From a virus: a stretch of 64,000 bases of DNA. Position 1 is the stretch's first letter, and each line of letters opens with the position of its first letter. The position numbers were made by a program, and so were the translations under genes. Shown piece by piece: positions 48,787-58,959 of the stretch. The notes beneath the pieces are model-generated. The model was not told where the DNA came from, searched no databases, and saw only the letters and a program-made list of their open reading frames with translations. Location: the IMG/VR virus record IMGVR_UViG_3300030333_002322; one strand, given 5' to 3'.

Positions 48787-50895
48787 CTAGTTAAGTTTTG
48801 TTCCACTAGCATTATATACTGCAATACCATTGATTGTAGTTCCGTCTGAACTTAATCCATCTCCTAATGTTGCAAATGCTGTTGCTCCAGCACTGTCGTC
48901 CCATATAAGGAATTTATCTGCATCAGGATCTGATAATGATTCAAGTCCTAAGTGGGAAAGTGCAATAGTTGGTGACCATCCTTCTCCTGCTGAGCCACTA
49001 ACTGCTATACCTGTTCCTGCTGTAGCACCTGCTACATAGTTACCTGATGTTCCTGAACCTAATGCTACGTCTGCTACCACCAAGTCTATTGTATTATCTG
49101 CATCCTCGTATGATGCTGAAATACCTGTTTCAGTATTACCTGTGAACATAGCTCCTACAGTATCAGCAATATATTCGTTAAGTGCTGTTCCGTCTACTGT
49201 ATAAGCATCTGCTTCCATTGTTCCATCAATGTCTGCATTTCCGGAAATATCTAATGAAGCTGCTGTAACTGCTCCATCTACATCTAATGCTGTGCTGTTT
49301 ATCAACTCTAATTTTGTTGATAACAATCTAGCCAATATAGTTTGTGTTCCTGCTTTTTGTGCTGCAAATTCTATAACACCATCTTCAGTACTGTTAGTTA
49401 CATCACCTGCTTTACCTGTAATTTTAGAGTAAACAGTTGTTGCACCGCCATCATCTTCACCACTAAACTTAATTTGTCCTAAGTAATCTGCGTCTGCTGG
49501 TGAAGCACTGTTTCTATATAATGTTAATACAGGACCTGCTGATGAACCAGCGTCTGCGTTCTCTATACTTAATGCTCCAGAACTTGGATTATATGTTAAT
49601 CCTGTATCTGTTTCTATACCTTGTGTTCCTGTGGCACCATCTACGAATGTTAAATATACTGTTTCGTCTGTAGTATTATTTGCTGTTGCTGTTACGCTTG
49701 TTGCTAAGTCTGCTGTACCTGTTAAGTTACCTGTAACATTACCTTCTAAGTTTGCTACAAGTGTTCCTGTTGTTACTGTAAGGTTCCCTGTACTTGCTCC
49801 TGTAAATGAACCTGTACCTACTAGGAATTTGTCTGCACTTTCGTCCCAACCAATAAACGCATTGTCTGAATCTCCTCTTTCAAAAACCAGACCCATATCA
49901 TTTGCTGGTGTTCCTGTTGTTCCATTTCCTAGCTCAATTAGTCTATCTGTTATAGTAGAGTTTGTTGAATCTAAGGTTGTAGTTGTTCCATTTACATCTA
50001 AGTTACCTGTAATAGTTACATTACCTGTTGCTGCTATATCTGCAAATGTAACATCATCTGATGTTGCTACTGCTTGTCCTATTGAAACTGCTGTGCCTGA
50101 AACTGAAACTCCAGTTCCTGCTGTTAGTGTGGTTACATTTGCTGTACCATCAAAACTAACACCATTAATAGTTCTAGCTGTTTCAAGTGCTGTTGCTGTT
50201 GCTGCGTTTCCTGTTGTGTCTTGGTTAAGTGTTCCTACGTTCAGTACACCTGAACTTCCTGATAATCCTGTACCAGCTATGGCAGATATTAAATCTGAAA
50301 TTGCTTCTTTCTTTGAACTACTATCGCCTGCGTCTATAATTGCGATACTATCGTTTGCAACATCTACTGTTGCTGCTGACAATTCATTTAAATCTAGGGC
50401 AACAGTTATTCCTCCAGATGTTCCTCCACCTGATAAACCGTCTCCTGCTGTTACTCCTGTTATGTCCCCGTCATAGTCTGCGCTTAAAGTTGTTCCTGAA
50501 AGTGTTAAATTACTACCTATAGTAAGCCATTGTAAAGCTCCTGAACTATCGTCCCAGAAAACAATTCTGTCTGCATTAGGATCTGATAAACTTTCTATTC
50601 CTAAATGACTTAATGAAATGCTTGTACCTGATATAGATAAGCCAGTACTCTCTGACATCCATGCTAAATTACCAGCGCTATCATCCCAGAACAATATGGC
50701 ATCATCATTAGGATCACTTAAATCACCTAATCCAAGTGCCTCAGTCCATTTAAATAATCTGTGTCCTCCTGCTGTAGATCCGTCATGTATTCTTAACGTA
50801 TCTAACGTAGTATCAACGGTAACCTCACCTTCAGCACCCGTAAAGGAATTATTCTGTGTTGTTGTTCCTCTTCTCCATTGTACCTGTGTTGGCAT
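48787..50895 (-). CDS. tail fibre protein with Mtd_N-like N-terminus
   Basis: QVQWRRGT...GEVTVDT; G/T/S-rich; three LSDPxxDxxxxWDDSxG repeats. Confidence 0.8.
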   Translation of the reverse strand: MPTQVQWRRGTTTQNNSFTGAEGEVTVDTTLDTLRIHDGSTAGGHRLFKWTEALGLGDLSDPNDDAILFWDDSAGNLAWMSESTGLSISGTSISLSHLGIESLSDPNADRIVFWDDSSGALQWLTIGSNLTLSGTTLSADYDGDITGVTAGDGLSGGGTSGGITVALDLNELSAATVDVANDSIAIIDAGDSSSKKEAISDLISAIAGTGLSGSSGVLNVGTLNQDTTGNAATATALETARTINGVSFDGTANVTTLTAGTGVSVSGTAVSIGQAVATSDDVTFADIAATGNVTITGNLDVNGTTTTLDSTNSTITDRLIELGNGTTGTPANDMGLVFERGDSDNAFIGWDESADKFLVGTGSFTGASTGNLTVTTGTLVANLEGNVTGNLTGTADLATSVTATANNTTDETVYLTFVDGATGTQGIETDTGLTYNPSSGALSIENADAGSSAGPVLTLYRNSASPADADYLGQIKFSGEDDGGATTVYSKITGKAGDVTNSTEDGVIEFAAQKAGTQTILARLLSTKLELINSTALDVDGAVTAASLDISGNADIDGTMEADAYTVDGTALNEYIADTVGAMFTGNTETGISASYEDADNTIDLVVADVALGSGTSGNYVAGATAGTGIAVSGSAGEGWSPTIALSHLGLESLSDPDADKFLIWDDSAGATAFATLGDGLSSDGTTINGIAVYNASGTKLN

Positions 50896-50918
50896 TATTT
50901 TCTCCTAATCTTTTTAAC

Positions 50919-51251
50919 CTACGCTACAGAACCAAAGTCTACTGTTGCTGTTCTAAACTTGATAGACGGGGTAACAGAAGAATGATCGCCTTTACAATCA
51001 TAAATTTTGTCAGTTAATTGACCAAAGGCATCTGTTGAAAGTGCAGTTAAATCTCCATAGTCTCCTGTAGGAAAAACTAAACTTTCATCAAATTCACCGT
51101 ACTGTGCAAGTGTAATGATATTATCACTAGAATCTCTAATGTATATCTTTTTATCTGCGGTGTTTACCGCTATCTCACCTACTGCTAAATTACTTGTAGT
51201 AGGTGCACTGCTTGCAGTTTCCGACTTCTTTGGTTTTATTATTACTGCCAT
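50919..51251 (-). CDS. short fibre-associated protein
   Basis: IIKPKKS...LAVGEIAVNTAD N-terminal module. Confidence 0.7.
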   Translation of the reverse strand: MAVIIKPKKSETASSAPTTSNLAVGEIAVNTADKKIYIRDSSDNIITLAQYGEFDESLVFPTGDYGDLTALSTDAFGQLTDKIYDCKGDHSSVTPSIKFRTATVDFGSVA

Positions 51252-51259
51252 TTGTTACC

Positions 51260-51511
51260 TTAGTTACTAAAGTTTCCGTCTTCGTTTCTTGCCGAACCTA
51301 ATTCTGCAGGTTTCAACTTAGGAGCCTCGGGTTGTTCATCCCAATCTTCTTGTGGCTCTGGTTGAGGTTGTTCCTCTTCTTGAGCCTCTTCTGGTTGGGC
51401 TGGATTTGCCAAAATTCCTAATCTAGTTTTTAACAGTATGTTCTCCATTTTTAAACTTTGAACTTCTGCTGCTAAGTTTTTAATATATTCATTAATTAAT
51501 CTATCATCCAT
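51260..51511 (-). CDS. coiled-coil acidic protein (possible fibre chaperone)
   Basis: N-terminal heptads, acidic tail. Confidence 0.55.
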   Translation of the reverse strand: MDDRLINEYIKNLAAEVQSLKMENILLKTRLGILANPAQPEEAQEEEQPQPEPQEDWDEQPEAPKLKPAELGSARNEDGNFSN

Positions 51512-51529
51512 TTCAATTTCCTTTAATTA

Positions 51530-52840
51530 TTAATATGTACCGCCATCAATGCTGTTGGTCCATGCTGGTGTTCCACTATTGGAATATAAAAAGTATCCAT
51601 CGGTTCCTGCTGCAGTTGCTTGTATAGCACTTGTGCCATTACCATATAGAATACCGTTGCTTGTAAATGTGCTAGCTCCTGTACCACCATCTGCTACTGC
51701 AAGATCAGTAATACCTGTTATTGTTCCACCTGTAATAGTAGCACTTGATGATTCTAATGCTGCTACAAGTGTTGCTTGGGCATAACCTGTTCCTGATGTG
51801 TCTACAGTTGTGGTTGGTGCTGATTGTAAGTCTTTAAATAACTTCCATTTACCTGAATCGTTGGCGTCTCTAAAAAGACCACCATATAAGTCTTGTGAAC
51901 CAGAAGTATCATAAAGTCCGTATAGACCGATATCTAATGCGTCTGATGAATTATTACCAGATGCTAATATGATTAATGGGTCTGCAACGGATAGTGTTGT
52001 AGAGTCTACTGTTGTTGTAGTTCCTGATACAGTTAAGTTACCAGCAATTGTTACATTGTTTGGTAAACCAATTGTTATTGTATTGTTTGAAACCGTTGTT
52101 TCAACTTCATTGGCCGTTCCTGCGAAGTTAAGTGTATCTGTTCCTACTGTTACTACATCATCAGAACCTGAGTCTGCTCCAATCGTTAGCGAAGAACTTG
52201 TAGAAGCTGTTGAAGCTGCTGTAATACGTCCTTGCGCGTCAATTGTTAAGACAGGAACCGCTGTTGATGAACCGTATGAACCAGCTGTAACTGCTGTATC
52301 ATCTAGAGTTGCTGTAATAGTTGTGCCAGATGCTGCAGTTGTAATACCTGTTCCACCTGCTACTGTAAATGTTTCTGAATCTAGATCTATGTCTATTGTT
52401 CCAGAATCACCTGCTGCGTCTAAATCACTTGCTGTTACTTGTGCGTCTACATACGCTTTGACTGATTGTTGAGTTGGGATCATAGTAGCACTATCAGATG
52501 CCATATTATCCTCATCAACAAATGCAGTTGCTGTTATTGTACCATCACTTAATGATCCAAAAGTTATAGTGCCTGCTGCAATATTACCACTACCATCTCT
52601 TTTTACAAGTTTGTTAGCAGTATTTGCGCTAGCTGCTCCATCAATAATGTCTGTATAGTACTTACCACCTATCTTTTGTATAACTTCTGCAGATCCTGAA
52701 TCTATAGAAGAGATATAAAGTATAGCAGAAGCACCGTCACCGGATCTATCCTCAGCATACGCTAATTCGCCTTCAACCAAATCAGAAGCTACTGGTGCTG
52801 CTGAGCCTGTACTTCTTTTAATTTGAATAGTTGTTGACAT
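51530..52840 (-). CDS. tail fibre-like structural protein
   Basis: TIQIKRS...LVEGELAY, VTAGSYGS...DAQGRIT, C-terminal IDGGTY. Confidence 0.8.
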   Translation of the reverse strand: MSTTIQIKRSTGSAAPVASDLVEGELAYAEDRSGDGASAILYISSIDSGSAEVIQKIGGKYYTDIIDGAASANTANKLVKRDGSGNIAAGTITFGSLSDGTITATAFVDEDNMASDSATMIPTQQSVKAYVDAQVTASDLDAAGDSGTIDIDLDSETFTVAGGTGITTAASGTTITATLDDTAVTAGSYGSSTAVPVLTIDAQGRITAASTASTSSSLTIGADSGSDDVVTVGTDTLNFAGTANEVETTVSNNTITIGLPNNVTIAGNLTVSGTTTTVDSTTLSVADPLIILASGNNSSDALDIGLYGLYDTSGSQDLYGGLFRDANDSGKWKLFKDLQSAPTTTVDTSGTGYAQATLVAALESSSATITGGTITGITDLAVADGGTGASTFTSNGILYGNGTSAIQATAAGTDGYFLYSNSGTPAWTNSIDGGTY

Positions 52841-52865
52841 TATTTTCTCCTATTTAATGTATTTA

Positions 52866-53117
52866 TTAAAATGTTCCGCCGTCTATAGCGGTCACATTAG
52901 CCGCAACTTCACTAGCAGGTTTTGCCTGAAAGTTTCCTGATGTGCTATCATAAACCAAAGTATAACCATTTTGAACGCCTGAAGTATCAACACCTGATAA
53001 ATTTTCAAGTGTTGTTGATGTCGCAAATTGAGATTGTGGAGTTGCACTGGTTACTACTCTTGCAGAACCAATACTAACACTAACTTTAGGACTATTATTT
53101 GAACTAACTGTTGCCAT
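52866..53117 (-). CDS. short fibre-associated protein
   Basis: LSGVD...GYTLVYDS, C-terminal IDGGTF. Confidence 0.65.
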   Translation of the reverse strand: MATVSSNNSPKVSVSIGSARVVTSATPQSQFATSTTLENLSGVDTSGVQNGYTLVYDSTSGNFQAKPASEVAANVTAIDGGTF

Positions 53118-53125
53118 TTTCTCTC

Positions 53126-53458
53126 CTATCTTGTAACTTCTGGTGTTACTGTTATAATTCCTTCGACGACTCTAAGCGTTTCTGCAGGACTTGTTGCTGT
53201 GATCTCACAATCATATACAAATCTTCCTGCTTTTAACGCAGAGGTTTGTGTTGCAGTTAATGATAAAGTTATTTTTCCTTCAGCATCTACTTTAGCTGTT
53301 GTAAAATCTACTTTCGTTGTGGCTTCATAAGTTTTCCTTATTTGTGCCTCAACTGTATAATTGGTTAAATCTTTTGCTGTACCGTCATCATTTGTTACAT
53401 TTAATATTAGTTCAAATGTGGTACCCTGATCAATAACTATGTTGTTTATCGTTGCCAT
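53126..53458 (-). CDS. BppU-like fibre attachment protein
   Basis: IDQGTTF, DLTNYT..AQIRK, GRFVYD, RVVEG.ITV.P.VTR. Confidence 0.75.
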   Translation of the reverse strand: MATINNIVIDQGTTFELILNVTNDDGTAKDLTNYTVEAQIRKTYEATTKVDFTTAKVDAEGKITLSLTATQTSALKAGRFVYDCEITATSPAETLRVVEGIITVTPEVTR

Positions 53459-53481
53459 AACTGCTAATACTCTCTTTCTCT

Positions 53482-53493
53482 TATTTATAAATA
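53482..53493. promoter_or_regulatory. palindromic double late promoter TATTTATAAATA
   Basis: perfect 12-bp palindrome containing TATAAATA on both strands in the divergent gap. Confidence 0.85.
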
Positions 53494-53517
53494 AAAGACA
53501 TTACAATTGGAAATTAA

Positions 53518-54177
53518 GTGAAAACAATTTTGACATTAAAATATGGTGAAAAATACACATCAGATGATGTAAACTCCATATATGAACATACCGAAGGCAA
53601 ATATAATTATGTCTGTGTAACAGACGATCCTAAAGGGTTAGACCCCAATATAGGGATTATTTATATGGAACATGAACCAGAAGGTAACATGGAAAAGTTA
53701 AAATTATTTCAATTTAACTTTGGTGGTCCAATACTTTATCTAGATTTAGACGTTAGAATACAAAAACCAATAGATCATTTGTTTGATTATTGTGGAGAAA
53801 ATCCTATTATATGTTATACTTGGTGGAAAGATAAAAAAGATAAAATGCCTATAGGAGACTATCCTTATAGAGATAAGTTTCCATTAAGTAACTATAATTC
53901 TAGTATAATGATGTGGAACGATGCCACACATATTTGGAATCATTACAATAGAAATCCAGACGAATATATAGTTAAATACCCTTATGGAGATGATACTTTT
54001 TTATACCATGAAGGTTTTACATTTGAACATTTACCTAATTCAGAAGTATATTCATACTTATATGCCGGAAGAAAATATAGGCCTGAATTTACAATCTGTT
54101 TATTAAACGGACAAGATAGACACCCGGAGATTGCAAAAGAATATGATGAACTTTGTATGCATCAAGTGGGGCACTAA
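53518..54177 (+). CDS. GT-A glycosyltransferase paralogue 1
   Basis: LKYGEKY, CVTDD, YLDLDV, NSSIM.W. Confidence 0.8.
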   Translation: MKTILTLKYGEKYTSDDVNSIYEHTEGKYNYVCVTDDPKGLDPNIGIIYMEHEPEGNMEKLKLFQFNFGGPILYLDLDVRIQKPIDHLFDYCGENPIICYTWWKDKKDKMPIGDYPYRDKFPLSNYNSSIMMWNDATHIWNHYNRNPDEYIVKYPYGDDTFLYHEGFTFEHLPNSEVYSYLYAGRKYRPEFTICLLNGQDRHPEIAKEYDELCMHQVGH

Positions 54178-54925
54178 ATACGAACCACACTATGTTAACA
54201 ATCTGTATCGTATGGTACAAGAAAACTATCATAATGAATTCACTTTTACTTGTTATACAGATGACAAAGAAGGATTAGAATGTGATACTGTTGATATACC
54301 TGTAATAGATCCTTTGCACCCTAAGTATTGGTTTGGAAAAGAAAATTACTGTTGGGATAGATCTAAGTTTTTAGTTTTTAACTCTCATAATTGGTTAGGG
54401 TATGAAGGCAAATGGTGTTATTTTGATTTAGATGTAATATTACATGGTGATATAACAGACTTAGATGAACTAGCACAGAAACCTAGATTAATTCACTCAC
54501 GTTGGGACGACCCTAGACACATAGACAATAGATTTTTTATTGAAGTAAGAGGAACATATTTTAACTCTAGTATGATGTGTTGGCAAAATGACCAATGTGA
54601 ACATATATTCTGGGACGTAATGGATAGTGATGAGAAAGTATTTAAAACATTTTTTAAAGGTTCAGATAATTATCACTATTGGAGACAAAGAGACTTTTGG
54701 AACAACATACCTTTTGAATGGGTTTACTCATACAATAGAGGACAAGAATTTCCAAGTGATTTAGAGACACATAAATATAGAGAAGAATGTAAAATTTGTC
54801 TTTTCAATGTGGATTCAAACCCACACCCTTTAAGAGAAAAGCAAATAAAAATAGATGAATTAGAAGATGAGACATTATTGAGATTTTGGAATGGTAACAC
54901 TGGTAGCAAATCAGCTAGACAATAA
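54143..54925 (+). CDS. GT-A glycosyltransferase paralogue 2
   Basis: CIKWGTKY..HYVN, CYTDD, YFDLDV, NSSMM.W, YSYNRG. Confidence 0.82.
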   Translation: MMNFVCIKWGTKYEPHYVNNLYRMVQENYHNEFTFTCYTDDKEGLECDTVDIPVIDPLHPKYWFGKENYCWDRSKFLVFNSHNWLGYEGKWCYFDLDVILHGDITDLDELAQKPRLIHSRWDDPRHIDNRFFIEVRGTYFNSSMMCWQNDQCEHIFWDVMDSDEKVFKTFFKGSDNYHYWRQRDFWNNIPFEWVYSYNRGQEFPSDLETHKYREECKICLFNVDSNPHPLREKQIKIDELEDETLLRFWNGNTGSKSARQ

Positions 54926-56378
54926 TTATAGTCAAACACAAATAAATGCTTTTTATACTCAGGCTAAAAAACTGATTGAAGAGCCGTTTGACTTTTGGGT
55001 GTTCACTACCCAACAAGAGATGGATGTTATTAATAAGACTAAGAAGAAAGAGGGTTTTATAGATAACATTCAATTCCATGTTCCTAAGTATGGTAAGGAT
55101 TGGATTGAAATAGATCTAATGGAAAGAACAAATCCTGGTGAGTCCTTATTGTTTATAACTCCAAATGTTATACTGAATAACATAAGCGTCATAGAGACTT
55201 ATAAGACCAACCGCAAATTATTGCTGGAAGACGGTAATCTATGTTATGTATTATACCACAATAGTAGAGTGGAAAAAATATTAGAGGAATGGAATAAGAA
55301 TGAAGATGATTTATTATATAACTTTGATGTATTTAGTGAAAAGTTTTTAATAGATGAAGGCGATATACCTTTTATACAAAATGCTACTGCTTCATATCCT
55401 GAAACTACAGACGAAGATATTGTAGCATTACCATATTGGTATGAAGACTACACACCAGAACAGGTTGACAAAATGTATAACAAAGCAACAGATTTATATC
55501 CGTATTTACCTGAAAGAGTACAGTTTGAACTATCTAATGGAAAAGAATATTTAACACTAGATCAAGTTAGAGAATCATTTAGTCAGGACTTTATGGAAAA
55601 GGCACATCTAAAAAGAATTAAGTTTAAAGGTTTAAATGGAGACGCAACAGACAATCCAGAAATGTTTGATATAGCTCATTACTTTATGAAAGAATGGGGT
55701 ATAGGTGTTGACATGGATACTGTAGGTATTAATCACGATCCTATATGGTGGAATAATATTGGTATGTTATTTAAAGAAACAGGTAACATAACATTTAATA
55801 TTAATACAGGTAATCCAGATAAAAGAATATTTGAAAATGCCAAATCATTAATTGACACAGGGTGTAGAGTGTTCTGGGCATATACGCATACTAGACAATT
55901 AGATAATGATATACAAAAAGCAAAGAAATTATGCAAACAATATAAGTTCACAGGCTTTGTATATGTAGATGAGGTACCTGAGGAAGTTGTGCCTAAGAAA
56001 AAAGTAATTAAAAAAGAGTTACCAGACTATAAACTAATAGAATTAGAAACTTTAGAGACCAGAAAAAAAGACGACACATATAAAGAACGAAAAATTAAAT
56101 TTAGTCCGCATGTGATGTGTGAGGGTAAAGTTAATAATCAGTTTTATTTAAGTGCTAAAGGAAATGTTTTCCCATGTAAGCATGTTGCTTTAACTATTGA
56201 AACAGCAGAATCATCTCCTGAACACAAGACAGACTTCTTATATGACTGGTCTAAAAACAATATAAATAACTATACATTAGAAGAGATATTTACTAATGAT
56301 TTTTATAAGGGTTATTTTAATAACTTATTAAAATTAAATCCTAAAATTATACATGATGAACAAGGTGGAATATGTTAA
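54891..56378 (+). CDS. fusion of a degenerate GT-A domain with a degenerate radical SAM/twitch domain
   Basis: GT-like N-terminus lacking DxD; QFELS..., FKGLNGD, GNVFPC but no CxxxCxxC. Confidence 0.55.
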   Translation: MVTLVANQLDNNYSQTQINAFYTQAKKLIEEPFDFWVFTTQQEMDVINKTKKKEGFIDNIQFHVPKYGKDWIEIDLMERTNPGESLLFITPNVILNNISVIETYKTNRKLLLEDGNLCYVLYHNSRVEKILEEWNKNEDDLLYNFDVFSEKFLIDEGDIPFIQNATASYPETTDEDIVALPYWYEDYTPEQVDKMYNKATDLYPYLPERVQFELSNGKEYLTLDQVRESFSQDFMEKAHLKRIKFKGLNGDATDNPEMFDIAHYFMKEWGIGVDMDTVGINHDPIWWNNIGMLFKETGNITFNINTGNPDKRIFENAKSLIDTGCRVFWAYTHTRQLDNDIQKAKKLCKQYKFTGFVYVDEVPEEVVPKKKVIKKELPDYKLIELETLETRKKDDTYKERKIKFSPHVMCEGKVNNQFYLSAKGNVFPCKHVALTIETAESSPEHKTDFLYDWSKNNINNYTLEEIFTNDFYKGYFNNLLKLNPKIIHDEQGGIC

Positions 56379-56608
56379 AAATAAAAAATGGAATTGTGAT
56401 CGAAGGTACTTTTGATAAACCAGAACTACATTTAGATATGAGAAAGTTTGTCAAAAGAGTAGCAGAAGCAGAATTTTCAACAATAATTATTAATTCGGAA
56501 ATAGATAATTTCGAAGATAGATGTATCGCTGTAACCGGTTGGTTAGCAGACGCAGGTTTGCAATACGGCGATAATTATGTAATAGCAAGGGCAGGTTATG
56601 AGAGTTAA
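56372..56608 (+). CDS. hypothetical protein
   Basis: overlaps both neighbours in the operon. Confidence 0.6.
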   Translation: MLKIKNGIVIEGTFDKPELHLDMRKFVKRVAEAEFSTIIINSEIDNFEDRCIAVTGWLADAGLQYGDNYVIARAGYES

Positions 56609-57413
56609 TGTAGTTTGTTCTAAATGGGGCACAAGATATGGTCCTCATTTTGTAAACAGATTAAAAAATATGGCAAGAAGAAATTGTGATGAGAAACATG
56701 ATTTCCATTTCTATTGTTATACTGATGATGCTGAAGGTTTAGATGAAGATGTAAAAGTAATACCTTTTCCAGATATACCTAATATACATCCTAAGTATTG
56801 GTTTGGTGGAGAAGATTTTAAATATGGAATGGCAAGGTGTTGGGATAGACCTAAAACAATGGTTTTCAATACTCATAATTTTGCAGAAGATAAACCAACA
56901 GGTAGATTTATATTCTTTGATTTAGATATAATAATACAAAATAATATAGAGCCTTTATTGACCTATAATATGGAAAGACCAACTAAGTTAAGAAGTTGGT
57001 GGCAAGACCCGCGCCCAATGAAGACGCGGAGATTTAAATTATCACATGGAGCATATACTAATGGCAGTTGTCAAGTATGGTCCGACGATCAAGCAGAATG
57101 TATTTGGGAAGATGTTTTAGAACATCAAGATAAAATTTGGTTTACATATACAGACGGAACAGATAATTACCACAGTTGGCGATGGGGAGATTGGGGTAAA
57201 AAATTATGGGATCATTTCCCAGCAGACTATGCTTACTCATATAATAGAGGTCGTAGTTGGGACGATGATGATTTACAAACAGAAATATATAGGGAAACAC
57301 CTATTCTTTGTGTATTTAATATTGACTTACTACCTAAACAAATGACTAAAGGTAGAGGGCATGTTAAACAAAATGATTTGGTTGATCCACAATTATTAAA
57401 GCATTGGCAATGA
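56598..57413 (+). CDS. GT-A glycosyltransferase paralogue 3
   Basis: CSKWGTRY..HFVN, CYTDD, FFDLDI, YSYNRG; HPKYWFG shared with paralogue 2. Confidence 0.82.
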   Translation: MRVNVVCSKWGTRYGPHFVNRLKNMARRNCDEKHDFHFYCYTDDAEGLDEDVKVIPFPDIPNIHPKYWFGGEDFKYGMARCWDRPKTMVFNTHNFAEDKPTGRFIFFDLDIIIQNNIEPLLTYNMERPTKLRSWWQDPRPMKTRRFKLSHGAYTNGSCQVWSDDQAECIWEDVLEHQDKIWFTYTDGTDNYHSWRWGDWGKKLWDHFPADYAYSYNRGRSWDDDDLQTEIYRETPILCVFNIDLLPKQMTKGRGHVKQNDLVDPQLLKHWQ

Positions 57414-58084
57414 ACATTTATACAGTAAAATGGGGCAGTAAATATTCTGCTAAACATGTTAATCAAATATACGAATCTTGTAAAGAGTATATTACACAAG
57501 ATTTTACATTTTACTGTCTAACAGAAAAAGAAAAAGGACTGGATAAGGATATTAATGTTATTCCTTTTCCAGCAGATAACAAATTAGAAAAATGGTGGAA
57601 CAAAATGTATCTGTTTGATGATAATGTTGTTAGACAAAAAGGAGAGAATCTTTTCTTTGATCTAGATATTATTATACAAAAGAACATAGATGATATAGCG
57701 AACTTTGATCCTGAGGATTGTTTATGTTTTGGACAGACACACTGGCACGATTTAGAAACACAAGCAAAAGAAACAGAACATGTTCCTCACAGATATACAG
57801 ATTTAAATTCTAGTATATTAAGATGGAATGATAACTTAGATAAAGAAAATATTACTCTTTATTTTAAAGCACACAAAGAAAAAATCTTATGGTACTATAG
57901 GGGATTAGATAACTTCTTTATGCACAAAGGTGTAGCAAGAATTAAATACTTTCCTTTAGGGTGGTTTTATAGTTATAACTATGGCTATATATTTCCACAT
58001 GATGTAGAAACGCATGTATTCAGACAAATACCATATGTCTGTTTATTTGATTCAATGGGACGCAAAGAAGATGTTAAATTTTAA
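57410..58084 (+). CDS. GT-A glycosyltransferase paralogue 4
   Basis: VKWGSKY..HVN, WWNKM.LF, FFDLDI, NSSIL.W. Confidence 0.82.
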   Translation: MNIYTVKWGSKYSAKHVNQIYESCKEYITQDFTFYCLTEKEKGLDKDINVIPFPADNKLEKWWNKMYLFDDNVVRQKGENLFFDLDIIIQKNIDDIANFDPEDCLCFGQTHWHDLETQAKETEHVPHRYTDLNSSILRWNDNLDKENITLYFKAHKEKILWYYRGLDNFFMHKGVARIKYFPLGWFYSYNYGYIFPHDVETHVFRQIPYVCLFDSMGRKEDVKF

Positions 58085-58739
58085 CTTTTTAAATAGTATG
58101 AAATATTGGGGAGAAGGCCTCGCTAAAGTTGAACATGAAATGAAACATAAGCATGATGACTTTAGGCAAAGTTTAAATCCTAATACAATGGAAGCTGGTA
58201 TTTGGTTAGTAGAAGAACTACAAAAATCCTTAGAAGATTATATGAAAGACGAACAGTTTAAAATATTAATTTTAAATAGTTGGTTAGGGATACCTTTAGT
58301 TCCTTTATTATGTGAAAATTTATCAGTAGGAGAATTACACTTAGTTGATATAGATCAGGAAGCTCTAGAGTTATCTAAAGTATTCCATAAACATTATATA
58401 GCAGAAGAATATATTAAAATAAATCACTGGAACTTAGATGTTCCTTTTGCTTTTGATGAATTAAATCAACTGAATGTAGATGTAGTAATCACAATGGGAG
58501 CAGAACAGATGTACCCATTAAAAGAATTAACCACTGCAAACAAACACGCTATATTTGCTGTACAGAATTCGAATGTAATAGAAGAGATGTATGGTATTAA
58601 TTGTGTGGATAGTGAAAAAGCATTAATAGAAAATGCAGGGTTGAAAGATACTTTTTATTCTGGCAAGGTAAAACAATTTTACTATGATTGGAATGGTAAA
58701 GTATATTTTGAAAGGTTTATGGCAATTGGTACAAAGTAA
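58071..58739 (+). CDS. Rossmann-fold methyltransferase-like protein
   Basis: WLVEEL, ILNSWLG, LVDID, DVVI, RFMAIG; degenerate Gly loop. Confidence 0.6.
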   Translation: MLNFNFLNSMKYWGEGLAKVEHEMKHKHDDFRQSLNPNTMEAGIWLVEELQKSLEDYMKDEQFKILILNSWLGIPLVPLLCENLSVGELHLVDIDQEALELSKVFHKHYIAEEYIKINHWNLDVPFAFDELNQLNVDVVITMGAEQMYPLKELTTANKHAIFAVQNSNVIEEMYGINCVDSEKALIENAGLKDTFYSGKVKQFYYDWNGKVYFERFMAIGTK

Positions 58740-58959
58740 AAGATTAAGAAGAGCACTTCACGAGTCAACAGTTGATACTGCAATAGGCGCAATAATTATG
58801 TTCCCATTGAGTGTTGCAATTATCAAGGCATGCATTGACTACGCAGGCACCTCGTCTGAGATGGCTGCGTTTATAAATTTTTTGGGATTAACTGGTATTG
58901 CTATTGTAAGAAAAGCATTAATCAGACTTAGATTCGAAAGTAAATATAACCGTAAATAA
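58684..58959 (+). CDS. small two-helix membrane protein (start uncertain)
   Basis: two hydrophobic segments; last gene of the plus-strand operon. Confidence 0.55.
   Translation: MIGMVKYILKGLWQLVQSKRLRRALHESTVDTAIGAIIMFPLSVAIIKACIDYAGTSSEMAAFINFLGLTGIAIVRKALIRLRFESKYNRK

Noticed and set aside
49631-50476. 281-aa plus-strand ORF and similar antisense ORFs over fibre and sheath genes
   Set aside because: Shadows of biased Thr/Gly/Ala codons on the coding strand
48787-50895. Diversity-generating retroelement target (Mtd-like N-terminus)
   Set aside because: No reverse transcriptase, template repeat or C-type lectin C-terminus seen in the window
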